This document shows positions 15,301-27,896 of a stretch of DNA of 64,000 bases, in pieces. The stretch is from NCBI RefSeq assembly GCF_964355755.1, contig NC_092680.1, positions 1-64,000 on the forward strand, given 5' to 3'. A model generated the notes under the pieces. The model was not told the origin of the DNA. It did not search any database and saw only the letters and a program-made list of their open reading frames with translations. Both the position numbers and the translations under genes were made by a program. Source of the stretch: Antedon mediterranea (taxonomy: Eukaryota > Animalia > Echinodermata). Every line of letters starts with the position of its first letter. The first letter of the stretch is position 1.

Positions 15301-18300
15301 TACCGGAAATGTTTTAAACCACATTTGATGGAGTATTATTATTGGATATCAATATGACTCATGAACAGAATTTCTACTTGAAAAAGTTTTAAAATACTGG
15401 AGTGGAATGGGGTGTAACTAAACTAGGTATAAACATCAAATTACTTGTATGAATTTTACATACCATATTTTTAGAAGAACCTAAGAAGGGATGTTGTTTT
15501 AATGTACTATCCTCCTGCAGAGTTTCAATCTGCTCTGTAAGGTTTGCTATAGACTTCTTAAGCTCTGGTAATAACTCAACTGATAGATTTGATCTGTATA
15601 CAAAGAATATGATTTAATGCAATACAAAATAAGAAAAGAAAAGTTTATTTAACTATTGAACATTTTGAATTAACAATTGTACTTGGTTAAGACATATAAT
15701 TGTATTAAGTGGTGTAGACTGGCAGCCTACTATGATAAAGAAATATAAAATAAGTAGTATAGACTGGCAGCCTACTACCTTAATGCCTGTGTGTTCACCA
15801 GGTGAGTGTGATGATCATGAACTTGTCTAATTACAGTTGGTGAAAGTTCTCCAAAATCAGGTAATGATGCTGAAATTAATTAAAACTAAAGTAAAAATCA
15901 ATTTAATTAATTAATTTGTAATTATCATTTTATAATTGTTGGTTCAATACTTTGTTACTGACTTTTTTCAAAACCTTCAAATATGTAGTGTGACACTAAC
16001 CTTCAAATATGTAGTGTGACACTAACCTTCAAGTATGTAGTGTGACACTAACTATCAAATATGTAGTGTGACACTAACCTTCAAATATGTAGTGTGACAC
16101 TAACCTTCAAATATGTAGTGTGACACTAACCTTCAAATATGTAGTGTGACACTAACCTTCAAATATGTAGTGTGACACTAACCTTCAAATATGTAGTGTG
16201 ACACTAACCTTCAAATATGTAGTGTGACACTAACCTTCAAATATGTAGTGTGAAACTAACCTTCAAAAATGTAGTGTGACACTAACCTTCAAATATGTAG
16301 TGTGACACTAACCTTCAAATATGTAGTGTGACACTAACCTTCATTTCAGTTTACAATACAACAATAAAACATATTGAAAAATCACTTTGTATTTTGGGTT
16401 TGTTTGTAATAATTAAAATCACTTTGTATTTTGGGTTTGTTTGTAATAATTAGGATTAAAATCACTTTGTATTTTGGGTTTGTTTGTAATAATTAGGATT
16501 AAAATCACTTTGTATTTTGGGTTTGTTTGTAATAATTAGGATTAAAATCACTTTGTATTTTGGGTTTGTTTGTAATAATTAGGATTAAATTTGAAAAATA
16601 CCACAGACTATAATAATAATAAATAAAATTAATAAAAACAATTTTAAATAAACTTGTATTTGGAATTATTTCACATTTAAAAAATCACAGGTGAGGTTTT
16701 GTCACTAGCTCAAAATCACAGGTGAGGTTTTGTCACTAGCTCAAAATCACAGGTGAGGTTTTGTCACTAGCTCAAAATCACAGGTGAGGTTTTGTCACTA
16801 GCTCAAAATCACAGGTGAGGTTTTGTCACTAGCTCAAAATCCTGTTTGAAAAAATGTCAAACCATAACTATACTTAATTGTGAATAATAATGACCTTGAT
16901 TAAGCTGTTCCACGTATAAATGAAGTGATAAGTTCCATAATTGAATCAGCGTCACCAGATTTAACTTGCCACCTTCGTATGTATTGCTTAAATTTCTCTG
17001 AAAACCAAATAAGATTGCAATTGACATCACTCATATTGAATAACTAAAAATATGGTGCAAATTGTTCTATAAACCTACAATACAAATTGTGTTATGATTG
17101 CGTTACTAATTGTAAATGTGAGGAAAATAACCTGTGTTTACAACCTGAGGGCTGAATTGTACACTGGTACAACAGACAACAACAGCGGTTGAGGTAAGGG
17201 TTACCCTCTACCCCCAGAAAGATGCACAGACAACAGCGGTTGAGGTGGACATAAAGGATACCCTCTACCCTCAGAAAGATGCACAGACAACAACAGCCGT
17301 TGAGGTGGACATAAGGGTTACCCTCTACCCCCAGAAAGATGCACAGACAACAACAGCGGTTGAGGTTGACATAAGGGTTACCCTCTACCCTCAGAAAGAT
17401 ACACAGACAACAACAGCGGTTGAGGTGGACATAAGGGTTACCCTCTACCCTCAGAAAGATGCACAGACAACAACAGCGGTTGAGGTTGACATAAGGGTTA
17501 CCCTCTACCCTCAGAAAGATGCACAGACAACAACAGCGGTAGAGGTGGACATAAGGGTTACCCTCTACCCTCAGAAAGATGCACAGACAACAACAGCGGT
17601 TGAGGTTGACATAAGGGTTACCCTCAGAAAGATACACAGACAACAACAGCGGTTGAGGGGGACATAAGGGTTACCCTCTACCCTCAGAAAGATGCACAGA
17701 CAACAACAGCGGTTGACATAAGGGTTACCCTCTACCCTCAGAAAGATGCACAGACAACAACAGCGGTTGACATAAGGGTTACCCTCTACCCTCAGAAAGA
17801 TGCACAGACAACAACAGCGGTTGAGGTTGACATAAGGGTTACCCTCTACCCTCAGAAAGATACACAGACAACAACAGCGGTTGAGGTGGACATAACGGTT
17901 ACCCTCTACCATCAGAAAGATGCACAGACAACAACAGCGGTTGACATAAGGGTTACCCTTTACCCTCAGAAAGATGCACAGACAACAACAGCGGTTGACA
18001 TAAGGGTTACACTCTACCCTCAGAAAGATGCACAGACAACAACAGCGGTTGAGGTGGACATAAGGGTTACCCTCTACCCTCAGAAAGATGCACAGACAAC
18101 AACAGCGGTTGAGGTGGACATAAGGGTTACCCTCTACCCCCAGAAAGATGCCCAGACAACAACAGTGGTTGAGGTGGACATAAGGGTTACCCTCTACCCT
18201 CAGAAAGATGCACAGACAACAGCGGTTGAGGTGGACAAAAGGGTTACCCTCTACCCTCAGAAAGATGCACAGACAACAACAGCGGTTGAGGTGGACATAA

Positions 18301-21300
18301 GGGTTACCCTCTACCCTCAGAAAGATGCACAGACAACAACAGCGGTTGAGGTTGACATAAGGGTTACCCTCTACCCTCAGAAAGATGCACAGACAACAAC
18401 AGCGGTTGAGGTGGACATAAGGGTTACCCTCTACCCTCAGAAAGATGCACACAAACCAGATGTGTAACACCTTTAGGTTTAAATCCGTATGTAAACAAGA
18501 CTTCTATCAGAAACGCTTGACCTTGCATTTAATTTATTTACCCAGTATTATAAATTGATAATATTAAAGGATCAATTCTTATAATTGACTCACTCTCTGT
18601 AACTCCTTTTCACACTCTCTTAGTAGCATTTCAGGAATGTGTATGTGGATATCGCTGGCATCCAATTTGAAACGATTTGTAGATCCATCTAAAATTGATT
18701 GCAACACATCACGCTCTGGTTTTTGTACATTGTAAAGTTCATTTACAGACTTCCACAGCTCACGAACCTATATGAAACAAACATCAATTTATTTAAAGAT
18801 GTATTGTCCCCCAAAAACATGAAAAATGAAGATAAGACTGAATACTGAATAGGGTTATTTTGTAATTAATTTATATGTGGTAACTACTGTATTATGTAAC
18901 ATTAAAATGGCATATTCAACAAAAAAAATTATTTTTCATGAAGGAAAATATATCTTTAAAAACATTTCACAAGGGGTAGTGTATGATTGAGAGATTGTCA
19001 ACACGCCTGCTGCAAGGGGTAGTGTATGATTGAGAGATTGTGAACATGGCTGCTGCAAGGGGTAGTGTATGATTGAGAGATTGTGAACATGCCTGCTGCA
19101 AGGGGTAGTAGTGTAGGCCAGTATGTAATTTCGTGTCATTTTTTTGTTAAAAGCAAAATTCCAGCTGATTTAGTGTCTTTAGGATGTAAAGTAATGAAAA
19201 AAATATGTTGCCATTTTTTTTAAAAAGCTTAAGGGTGTCAAATCCAAGATGGCCACCAATATGTAAAATATCCAATAAATGTACCATATTGGACAAAGTA
19301 ACACCCATTATGAATAATATTTTAAGTTCATATGGGTTCTCTGCTATATAAGAATTATTATAAACCTATATTCATTAGTATTCTGACATTTTGAATTTCA
19401 AAATGGCCGCCATTTTTAAAAAATGGATTAAATTTCTTATTAAAACATGTGCAAGTTATGACGTTGATTGAAATCACATAAAATGATAGGCCTATGACAA
19501 CAACATTGGTGATTAACACAAAATGGCGGCCATTTTGAATTTTAAAATGGCCGCAATTTTTTTTAAATGGGTTAAATTTCTTATTAAAACTTGTATAAGT
19601 TAAATAAAATTAGATTGAAATATACAAAATGATATGCTTATGACAACAACATGGTGATTAACACAAAATGTTGACCATCAGGAGGTCTACAGTACTGACA
19701 GTACACTTCTTCATATTAAAACATCTCATAAACTTCTTCAGTTAAATGACAACTAACTCTGCCAAAGTCCTTCAATGAAATATTTCTAATCTTGGATGCG
19801 ATACAGTAAGTTGACCTTCCTTCGTTCTCTACTGCTGTATCCATCAAACTTCCACAGACCTTGTTCAGAAACAAATTGGCAAAATAACTGAAATACCTCA
19901 TTTCACCGGCAAATAATCTCTATAGGAGTCTTCTTTTACTTTGATAAGTTTGTCACCTGTATTCACCGTCATATATATTTTTTGCCAATATTCGTCGTTT
20001 TCTTAGGATCCCATATAGACAGTTTGCCTTCTACAAGACTTTTACCAATGCCTCAAACATTTTCTGTCCAATTTCATCATGCCATGGCCAACAAACACCT
20101 TTGTGCGAATTGCAGCATTCTTCATTAATCGGGATATCATCTCTCTTTAAATGTAAACTAAATTTGCCAGCTCTGATGAAATCATTAATTTGTGTTATTC
20201 CAATGATACCACGCTCAATGACCCTGATCAATTGATGTAAATCCAGCAAGTCTCACACATACATGTCCTCTCATATACATACCATACTGTATATAGGGAT
20301 ATAGTTTAACCACATCATTTAGATTTCGTCGACTCTCTGTATTCAAGTTAATATCTTTATGATCAGCCTCTTTCAAACAAAATGATACTTAACTTAGAAT
20401 CTCTTTCTCCGTCTGCATTTGTAGAAGCAAATTTTTGTAGATTTTCAACTCAATTTCAATTGTACGCGGTCAAAGTAATTTCCGGGTTCACGATGAGTTC
20501 ACAGGTTCACCTTGCAACTACCTGGTTTCAGTAAAGTTGGTCGTTAGTGGCTATTAGCTATTTTAGTTTTTTGTTTATTTTCGGATTGAACCACGAGTGT
20601 GAAGGTACAGTAGTTAAAAAATAAAATCCCGATAGCCGAGTTTTATTGAGTAAGCTGGCAGGAATAACTGTAGGCTATCTGTGTCCCATTAGGGCCCATA
20701 TTGCAAGCCGTCTAAAACATCTTCCTTCTTGGGCCGAAACGGCCTACACTGTCGCGGAAGTTAGTTTCAAAAGATGTTTAAATTAAATAATGTATTATGA
20801 TGGTATTTATTTGAATAAACGCCTCCCCAATAAAACACTTTGAATAATAATCGCCTACACCCCCTCCCCCCACCTACCCAACTATCTAATAAACGCCCAT
20901 CCACATTAATTATACACACAATATTGTATATACTATTTATAATAGAATTCATTACACTGTTAACTATAATTTACCAAGCATTTGTTATAATTTTTTACCA
21001 CTTTTCATATCTATTAGAGGATTTTATTTGATTATAAATGTTACGATATTATTAAGACTAAAAAATCCCTCGAATAAGCAACTCCCTCAAATGAACTCTG
21101 CCTCCCCACATCCCTATAAAACAATAAACACTATACTTTAAAATGTTATTAATCATCTAAGACACTGTGAAACAGAGTAGGTTTAGTTTTTCGAATGTCA
21201 AGCATTTTCAATAATGGTAACCGACAGAAAACGTACAAGGAGAACGTCCTTCTAAAACCTTTTTACCCGGGTCATTATCCTTCCGAGAACCTTAGTTTAC

Positions 21301-24300
21301 ACTTCCTAGAGGGGAGCGAGCGAACTAGATGTCTAACCCTCTAGTTAGACGTAATTGTTGTTGAATATTTGATATAAATTGTTAATTTGTTCCATACTTT
21401 TGCAACTCCAACTTTGAACGATTATTTAATTTTATAGTCATAGTGGGGTATTATATATCTGTTATAGAGGACATTGACAACTTTAGCCTTATATTTACAA
21501 TTTACAATCCTGTGAGAAGTGACAATTTTAGAACATTGTGTACAAACAACAATTTATGCACACATATTTAAAAAAAATTATTTTAAAGAATTTAATTTTT
21601 AGTGGCGGCCATTTTGAAATCCAAGATGGCCGACAGATTATCGCTTTACATAGTTAGGATTGTATAATGGGTACAGTAATACCATCAAAACGGACTTGTT
21701 CCACATTTATAATTTGTATTATTGTTGATGATATTCTGATTTTTAATAGGGTTATTTGAATGTTGGCGGCCATCTTGAATTTGGTCCTTTAAATGTTTTA
21801 AATGTATTTTTTTTCATTCCTTATATTATCAAGATATGAAATAAAGTCAAAGTTTGCTTTTAACAAAAAATATACACGACATTCATATAAACGACATACC
21901 AGCCTATACTATAGTGTATAATTGAGAGATTGTCAACACGCCTGCTGCAAGGGGTAGTGTATGATTGAGAGATTGTCAACATGCCTGCTGCAAGGGGTAG
22001 TGTATGATTGAGAGATTGTCAACACGCCTGCTGCAAGGGGTAGTGTATGATTGAGAGATTGTCAACATGCCTGCTGCAAGGGGTAGTGTATAATTGAGAG
22101 ATTGTCAACACGCCTGCTGCAAGGGGTAGTGTATGATTGAGAGATTGTCAACATGCCTGCTGCAAGGGGTAGTGTATGATTGAGAGATTGTGAACATGCC
22201 TGCTGCAAGGGGTAGTGTATGATTAAGAGATTGTGAACACGCCTGCTGCAAGGGGTAGTGTATGATTGAGAGATTGTGAACATGCCTGCTGCAAGGGGTA
22301 GTGCATGATTGAGAGATTGTCAACACGCCTGCTGCAAGGGGTAGTGTATGATTGAGAGATTGTGAACATGCCTGCTGCAAGGGGTAGTGCATGATTGAGA
22401 GATTGTCAACACGCCTGCTGCAAGGGGTAGTGTATGATTGAGAGATTGTGAACATGCCTGCTGCAAGGGGTAGTACATGATTGAGAGATTGTCAACACGC
22501 CTGCTGCAAGGGGTAGAGTATGATTGAGAGATGGTGAACATGCCTGCTGCAAGGGGTAGCGCATGATTGAGAGATTGTCAACACGCCTGCTGCAAGGGGT
22601 AGAGCATGATTGAGAGATTGTCAACACGCCTGCTGCTAGGGGTAGTGCATGATTGAGAGATTGTGAACATGCCTGCTGCAAGAGGTAGTGCATGATTGAG
22701 ACATTGTCAACACGCCTGCTGCAAGGGGTAATGTATGATTGAGAGATTGTGAACATGCCTGCTGCAAGGGGTAGAGTATGATTGAGAGATTGTCAACACG
22801 CCTGCTGCAAGGAGTAGTGTATAATTGAGAGATGGTGAACATGCCTGGTGCAAGGCGTAGTGCATGATTGAGAGATTGTCAACACGCCTGCTGCAAGGGG
22901 TAGTGCATGATTGAGAGATTGTCAACACGCCTGCTGCAAGGGGTAATGTATGATTGAGAGATTGTGAACATGCCTGCTGCAAGGGGTAGAGTATGATTGA
23001 GAGATTGTCAACACGCCTGCTGCAAGGGGTAGTGTATGATTGAGAGATTGTGAACATGCCTGCTGCAAGGGGTAGTGTATAATTGAGAGATTGTGAACAT
23101 GCCTGCTGCAAGGGGTAGTGCAAGATTGAGAGATTGTCAACACGCCTGCTGCAAGGGGTAGTGTATGATTGAGAGATTGTGAACATGCCTGCTGCAAGGG
23201 GTAGTGCATGATTGAGAGATTTCCAACACGCCTGCTGCAAGTGGTAAAGAGAAAATAATATCTTGTTTTACATCACCTTTTGAACTTTCTTTGTTCTTCG
23301 TATTGCTTGAACTTCTGGTTCCCCTTCAAAACAATCCCCGGAATGGCGTCGCCTGATTGGAGGCGGACTTCCTCGTTCCTTGGCCAACTGATTCGCTTTA
23401 TCATACAGATCATGTAATTTTGTTTCCACTCCTCGAATAGATTTTGTTATTGTGCGGTGTTCTTTTGTAAGCTCTCTGAAATTAAATTTTTGTTGAAGTA
23501 GTGTTAACATTAATAATATTTTTAAGAACATAATAAAGTAAAATGTTAATAGTTTTGTTAATTTTTAATTGTGTAACATCAAAAATGCTTAATTGTAATT
23601 CACAAATAAAATACTGAATTTGCAAAATTATTTGTTTCTTAAATAACTTACGCAGCATAATCGAGCCACTGGTCCTGCATGGCTGTTGTTTCCTGTAATT
23701 GGTCCAAGAAACGTTTACGATGACGTATACCTGATGCACCAACCGTCTTAGCCATCACACCAGCCAGATGTATTGAAGAAGGAACCAAACGAGGGCGTTG
23801 CAATAAATCTCTACCTTTTAGCCCTAAAATATGACAATGGAAATTATATTTTAGTGTCATTAATACATTTATGTATTAAGGGATAGGAAATAAGATGTAA
23901 TCAATACAATAAATAGTTTTGCTTTCTCTATAGTGTCGTTAATACGATAGGATATAATCAATACAATAAATAGTTTTGCTTTCTCTATAGTGTCGTTAAT
24001 ACATTTACAGTATGTATTAAGGGATAGGATATAAGATGTAATCAATACAATAAATAGTTTTGCTTTCTCTATAGTGTCATTAATACATTTATGTATTAAG
24101 GGATAGGATATAAGATGTAATCAATACAATAAATAGTTTTGCTTTCTCTATAGTGTCATTAATACATTTATGTATTAAGGGATAGGATATAGGATATAAT
24201 CAATACAATAAATAGTTTTGCTTTCTCTATAGTGTCATTAATATATTTATGTATTAAGGGATAGGATATAGGATGTAATCAATACAATAAATAGTTTTGC

Positions 24301-27300
24301 TTTCTCTATAGTGTCATTAATACATTTATGTATTAAGGGATAGGATATAAGATGTAATCAATACAATAAATAGTTTTGCTTTCTCTATAGGGTCGTTAAT
24401 ATATTTATGTATTAAGGGATAGGAAATAGGATGTAATCAATACAATAAATAGTTTTGCTTTCTCTATAGTGTCATTAATACATTTATGTATTAAGGGATA
24501 GGATATAAGATGTAATCAATACAATAAATAGTTTTGCTTTCTCTATAGTGTCGTTAATACATTTATGTATTAAGGGATAGGATATAAGATGTAATCAATA
24601 CAATAAATAGTTTTGCTTTCTCTATAGTGTCGTTAATACATTTATGTATTAAGGGATAGGATATAAGATGTAATCAATACAATAAATAGTTTTGCTTTCT
24701 CTATAGTGTCATTAATACATTTATGTATTAAGGGATAGGATGTAATCAATACAATAAATAGTTTTGATTTCTCTATAGGGTCGTTAATATATTTATGTAT
24801 TAAGGGATAGGAAATAGGATGTAATCAATACAATAAATAGTTTTGCTTTCTCTATAGTGTCATTAATACATTTATGTATTAAGGGATAGGATATAAGATG
24901 TAATCAATACAATAAATAGTTTTGCTTTCTCTATAGTGTCATTAATACATTTATGTATTAAGGGATAGGATATAAGATGTAATCAATACAATAAATAGTT
25001 TTGCTTTCTCTATAGTGTCATTAATACATTTATGTATTAAGGGATAGGATATAAGATGTAATCAATACAATAAATAGTTTTGCTTTCTCTATAGTGTCAT
25101 TAATACATTTATGTATTAAGGGATAGGATATAGGATGTAATCAATACAGTAGAACCTCCATTTTACGTACGGTACGGGACCGAAAGGCGTACGTAAAACA
25201 AGGGATTCGTAAAATCAAGGTTGACCTTAAATTGACCCCAAATACGTAGAGATCGTAGGTAGCCGTATTTGCCTACTTCTGTACAGTATGCAGGTGGTCA
25301 CTAGCTAGGCCTTGCCTAGAATATTCAGGCTAGGCTAGCAGGCCTAGCAAGATGTGAGGCCTAACTAGACAAGTACAGTATATACAGGCTGTACGATGTT
25401 TAAATAAAGTGTAAAATATAATTGTTTTCTATCAATAAAAACAGTCGCTGCTTTAGGGGGAATGCACGTGCGTAGCTTGTCCCACAGACAACAACAGCAG
25501 AATAGACACAGCCATGATTGTGACTTTGTGTGCTTTGTTGTTGTTAAATTGCGCCCTCAATGTAAGAAAATGATGACGTCATCGGTTATTTTAAGCGTAC
25601 GTAAAATCGAGGGAACGTAAAATCAGGGTACGTAAAACACAGGTTCTACTGTACAATAAATAGTTTTGCTTTCTCTATAATTTAATTGGGGAGAGTTGAA
25701 TTTATGATTATGTGAATATGTTGCTAAAAACACAATATAAAATAACAGAGGCCTGCTTTTATCATGATTGTGTGTCTTTAACCCTATTACAAATACCTGA
25801 ATTATGAGAACTGCTTGTAGAGTACTTCACCACTAGACCCAACCACGGGACATTAACATCTCCCAGTGTAGTGTTGTTAGCTGCACTCCTGATCCATCTC
25901 TCCCAATTTTCTCCTGGTACTCAAACCCCTAAAGAAAGCCGAACCAACTTACCATGTGATGATCTAGCCACTGTAAGAAGGACGTGAGCTGACAGATGAA
26001 GGAGAAGGCTGTAAAACTTGTCACCAGATGGAGACATCAACAATGAGGGCGATATTCTTGGAAGGTAAGCCTCATGATCATCCTATTAAAAAAGTAAGTT
26101 AGTATCAGTTTGCAGTGAAAACCCTGAAAAGTGATTTATGGTATTTTCAGGTAGCTCATAGAAATATACCTTAAACTACTTTAAGCTTTGAAACTTGACT
26201 GCTGCATATTCTATGTTAACCTACTGTATCTTTTGCATATTGTGTGTGTCGATGACAATATTGAAAGAAACTCAATGTATAAAGCTCTATCTAAACTACC
26301 AATGACATCATATCACTACCATATTTGGGAGCTCTTTTTTTTGCCAAACTAATTTAATAGTGTAGACAGAGCTTTTTCAAGCTGCTTTCAGCCGAAGACT
26401 ATTGACCACATCAATTATTTTAAATATACTGTACCTTTGTTATTTCCGTGAGCCAATGTGTAACAGCTCTCCGGAAAAGCTGATCTTGTTTTTTGTCACA
26501 AATAGGATAGCACACTCTATGAAAATGAAAAACCAATTAAAAGACTTAAAAGGCTAATAAAATAACTACATACATTTGTATTATTGTGCTCTAGGGAATT
26601 TACATAGTTATATATTGACACTGGCAATTACCTGTACTTTTGGGTGTCAAGCAGATATGGTACATAATATAGCCACCGGTAGTGGCATTTGTTAGGGCCT
26701 ATACTGTAGGTTTCACTTTGATGCAAAAACTTTATCACATGCAGCCTGATTTACTGTATTAGTTATATAATTATAATTATATTAAGTATCATTTTTTCCA
26801 TACTTGAAACATACCTAAATCTTTCTTTAGCTAAGGCTGGGTTTAGACGAGTCAGCAGAAAATGCATAACAACTTCAAACGCTTTCTTGTTGGGCATTGC
26901 AAACATGTCTCTGTAATAAATACAAATACATAATTTGAGGTGGAGTTTTTAAAATATTCAGAACATGGTCTACGTGAGTAAGTGGCCGAGTGGTTAAGAT
27001 GGTGGAATGAATGCGGAGCCATAATATCGGTAAGGGTACAACATGGCTCACTTGCTTCATAGTTTTGGTGGTAGAACAAGTCTTCTCGGATAAGTACAGA
27101 AACCATAGGCCCTGTGTAGCACTTTAAAAAACCTAGTACATCTTCCAAAATGTGTATGGGGTTACCGCATGCTAGTTTACACACAGCTACTGTCATGGAC
27201 AGGGGAAGCCGTAGTTGGATGCACTGACAGGAAGTGACCCTTAAGGAAGAAGCATGTACATGATGCATTGAATAAAATACTGTTTTATCAGTCTGACTTT

Positions 27301-27528
27301 TATGCAGATACTATGCATATAATAATACTGTATGTCTATTAGTACTATCCAGTAGGCATACAGTAGGCCTACTCTTCTGTAAAGAACATAATTAGCTTAC
27401 TTTGTAAATGGAATAGAGTGTTTTGCTTCCATAGCCCCTGGCTCAAACCCCAAAAGAAGGATATTGTTAAAGAAAATATTTCTTTGACCTGTAGGGTCAA
27501 ACTTTCCATCAGCTTTCGTCCGGTTCAT
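9357..27528 (-). CDS. HAUS6: HAUS augmin-like complex subunit 6 (Dgt6 homologue), ~1164 aa, 17 coding exons
   Basis: Hand-spliced, phase-consistent GT-AG exons: 27528-27401, 26910-26815, 26516-26435, 26082-25953, 23823-23652, 23475-23277, 18767-18594, 16997-16895, 15869-15779, 15593-15464, 14808-14688, 14013-13893, 13659-13419, 12856-12578, 12184-11995, 10966-9884, 9511-9357. The translation has the motifs of the HAUS6 N-terminal region: LLLGFEPGA..DMFAMPNKKAFEVVMHFLL..CYPICDKKQDQLFRRAVTHWL..SLLMSPSGDKFYSLL..VRELWKSVNE..NTYEGGKLNLVTLIQL. Later comes PFTTRDKLSRTPEN and a disordered S/P/D-rich tail. The last exon and stop are less certain; an alternative terminal exon near 9188 is possible. Confidence 0.92.
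11347..11998. repeat. 51-bp minisatellite containing copies of a HAUS6 splice donor
   Basis: About 13 copies of gtgtcactacctccatacattgtcattataatatgtcaacttaccatcagataca-like units. The minus strand of each unit reads TGATG|GTAAGT. Confidence 0.93.
13059..13285 (+). mobile_element. Truncated tRNA-derived SINE-like repeat
   Basis: B-box-like stem-loop ccgagttcaagtctcgg at the 5' end, followed by two internal ~60-bp direct repeats (tatcaccgggcggttt...). Confidence 0.45.
14030..14305. repeat. ~19-20-bp minisatellite (tatatggtaatgccttcta) with a duplicated flank
   Basis: About 9 copies. catttattacactgctatgtacataagtt occurs at both 14061 and 14277. Confidence 0.85.
14857..14965 (+). mobile_element. 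Degenerate partial copy of the SINE at 26973
   Basis: Shares gaccgagcggttaag...acttgcttt-tagttttggtggtggaacaa..ttttcagataaggact with 26973-27110. Confidence 0.5.
15974..16343. repeat. 26-bp minisatellite
   Basis: About 14 copies of ccttcaaatatgtagtgtgacactaa. Confidence 0.93.
16377..16590. repeat. ~45-bp minisatellite
   Basis: About 5 copies of aaaatcactttgtattttgggtttgtttgtaataattaggatt. Confidence 0.9.
16681..16841. repeat. 31-bp minisatellite
   Basis: About 5 copies of aaaatcacaggtgaggttttgtcactagctc. Confidence 0.9.
17172..18452. repeat. 60-bp minisatellite with 54/57-bp variants
   Basis: About 22 copies of cacagacaacaacagcggttgaggtggacataagggttaccctctaccctcagaaagatg. It produces spurious ORFs on both strands. 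Confidence 0.95.
18797..18955. mobile_element. MITE with TTAA target duplication (Kolobok-like)
   Basis: TTAA|AGATGTATTGTCCCC ... AAGGAAAATATATCT|TTAA. Imperfect TIRs begin with AG. Confidence 0.6.
18970..19108. repeat. 43-bp minisatellite, left part (split by a transposon)
   Basis: Three copies of aaggggtagtgtatgattgagagattgtsaacaygcctgctgc. The array resumes at 21912. Confidence 0.9.
19109..21911 (-). mobile_element. Non-autonomous Academ-like DNA transposon (2803 bp) with decayed internal coding remnants
   Basis: Termini TAGTGTAGGC.../...GCCTATACTA with ~150-bp imperfect TIRs. The 3-bp TSD (TAG at 19106-19108 and 21912-21914) is confirmed by neighbouring empty repeat units. Subterminal aaatggcggccatttt motifs recur, and broken ORF pieces lie on the minus strand at 19716-20400. 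TAG..CTA ends with a 3-bp TSD fit the Academ superfamily (recalled). Confidence 0.75.
21912..23242. repeat. 43-bp minisatellite, right part
   Basis: About 31 copies of the same unit as 18970-19108. Confidence 0.95.
23853..25678. repeat. 79-bp minisatellite; last unit interrupted by a MITE
   Basis: About 16-17 copies. The unit contains the hairpin ttaatacat-tt-atgtattaa. The final unit resumes at 25652. Confidence 0.93.
25147..25651. mobile_element. Tc1/mariner (pogo/Tigger-like) MITE, 505 bp
   Basis: TA|CAGTAGAACCT...AGGTTCTACTG|TA. The empty site atcaaTAcaataaat is visible in neighbouring repeat units. Subterminal acgtaaaa motifs recur. Confidence 0.9.
26973..27280 (+). mobile_element. tRNA-derived SINE with a Deu/Nin-like central domain
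   Basis: A-box-like tggccgagtgg. The core tcggataag..aaacc-taggccc..gcactttaaaaaacct...tatggggttacc resembles the recalled Deu/Nin SINE domain. Ends in aataaa. Confidence 0.55.
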
Positions 27529-27847
27529 TTCATTTAAAATTTCTGGAGAAAAAAACATTAATTATGGATTTAGTGATATTGAACCTTGTTTCCTGTCTAT
27601 GATTATCTCTGTGTCTGTCTGACTGGCCTAACTTTTGCTTAAAATTAAAGGGTATTTAAATAGTATTTATTGTTGTTTAATGATTTGCCACAAATAATAC
27701 ATGTATTCTTTATATCATTAATTATTTATAAATGTGGATGGTGGTCAAAATAACCCTACAAATGAACTTTAATATAAAATGAAGGTTTTATGTTTAAAAC
27801 AATGTAAGTTGTACTATTATTGAAAGCTTTTGATGCAAACAATGAGG

Positions 27848-27896
27848 ACACCATGAATTGACTTCTAACCCTAACCCTAACACCATGAATTGACTT
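27848..27896 (+). repeat. Short interstitial telomeric insertion flanked by a 17-bp direct duplication
   Basis: acaccatgaattgactt-CTAACCCTAACCCTA-acaccatgaattgactt. Confidence 0.85.

Noticed and set aside
17092-18470. Cys-rich and Thr-rich repeat ORFs on both strands; telomere-like agggttaccct in the unit
   Set aside because: The 60-bp intronic minisatellite keeps frames open trivially, and HAUS6 splices across it in phase. The telomere resemblance is too short to support.
22062-23240. Multiple overlapping ORFs (MFTISQSYTTPC...)
   Set aside because: Translations of the 43-bp minisatellite.
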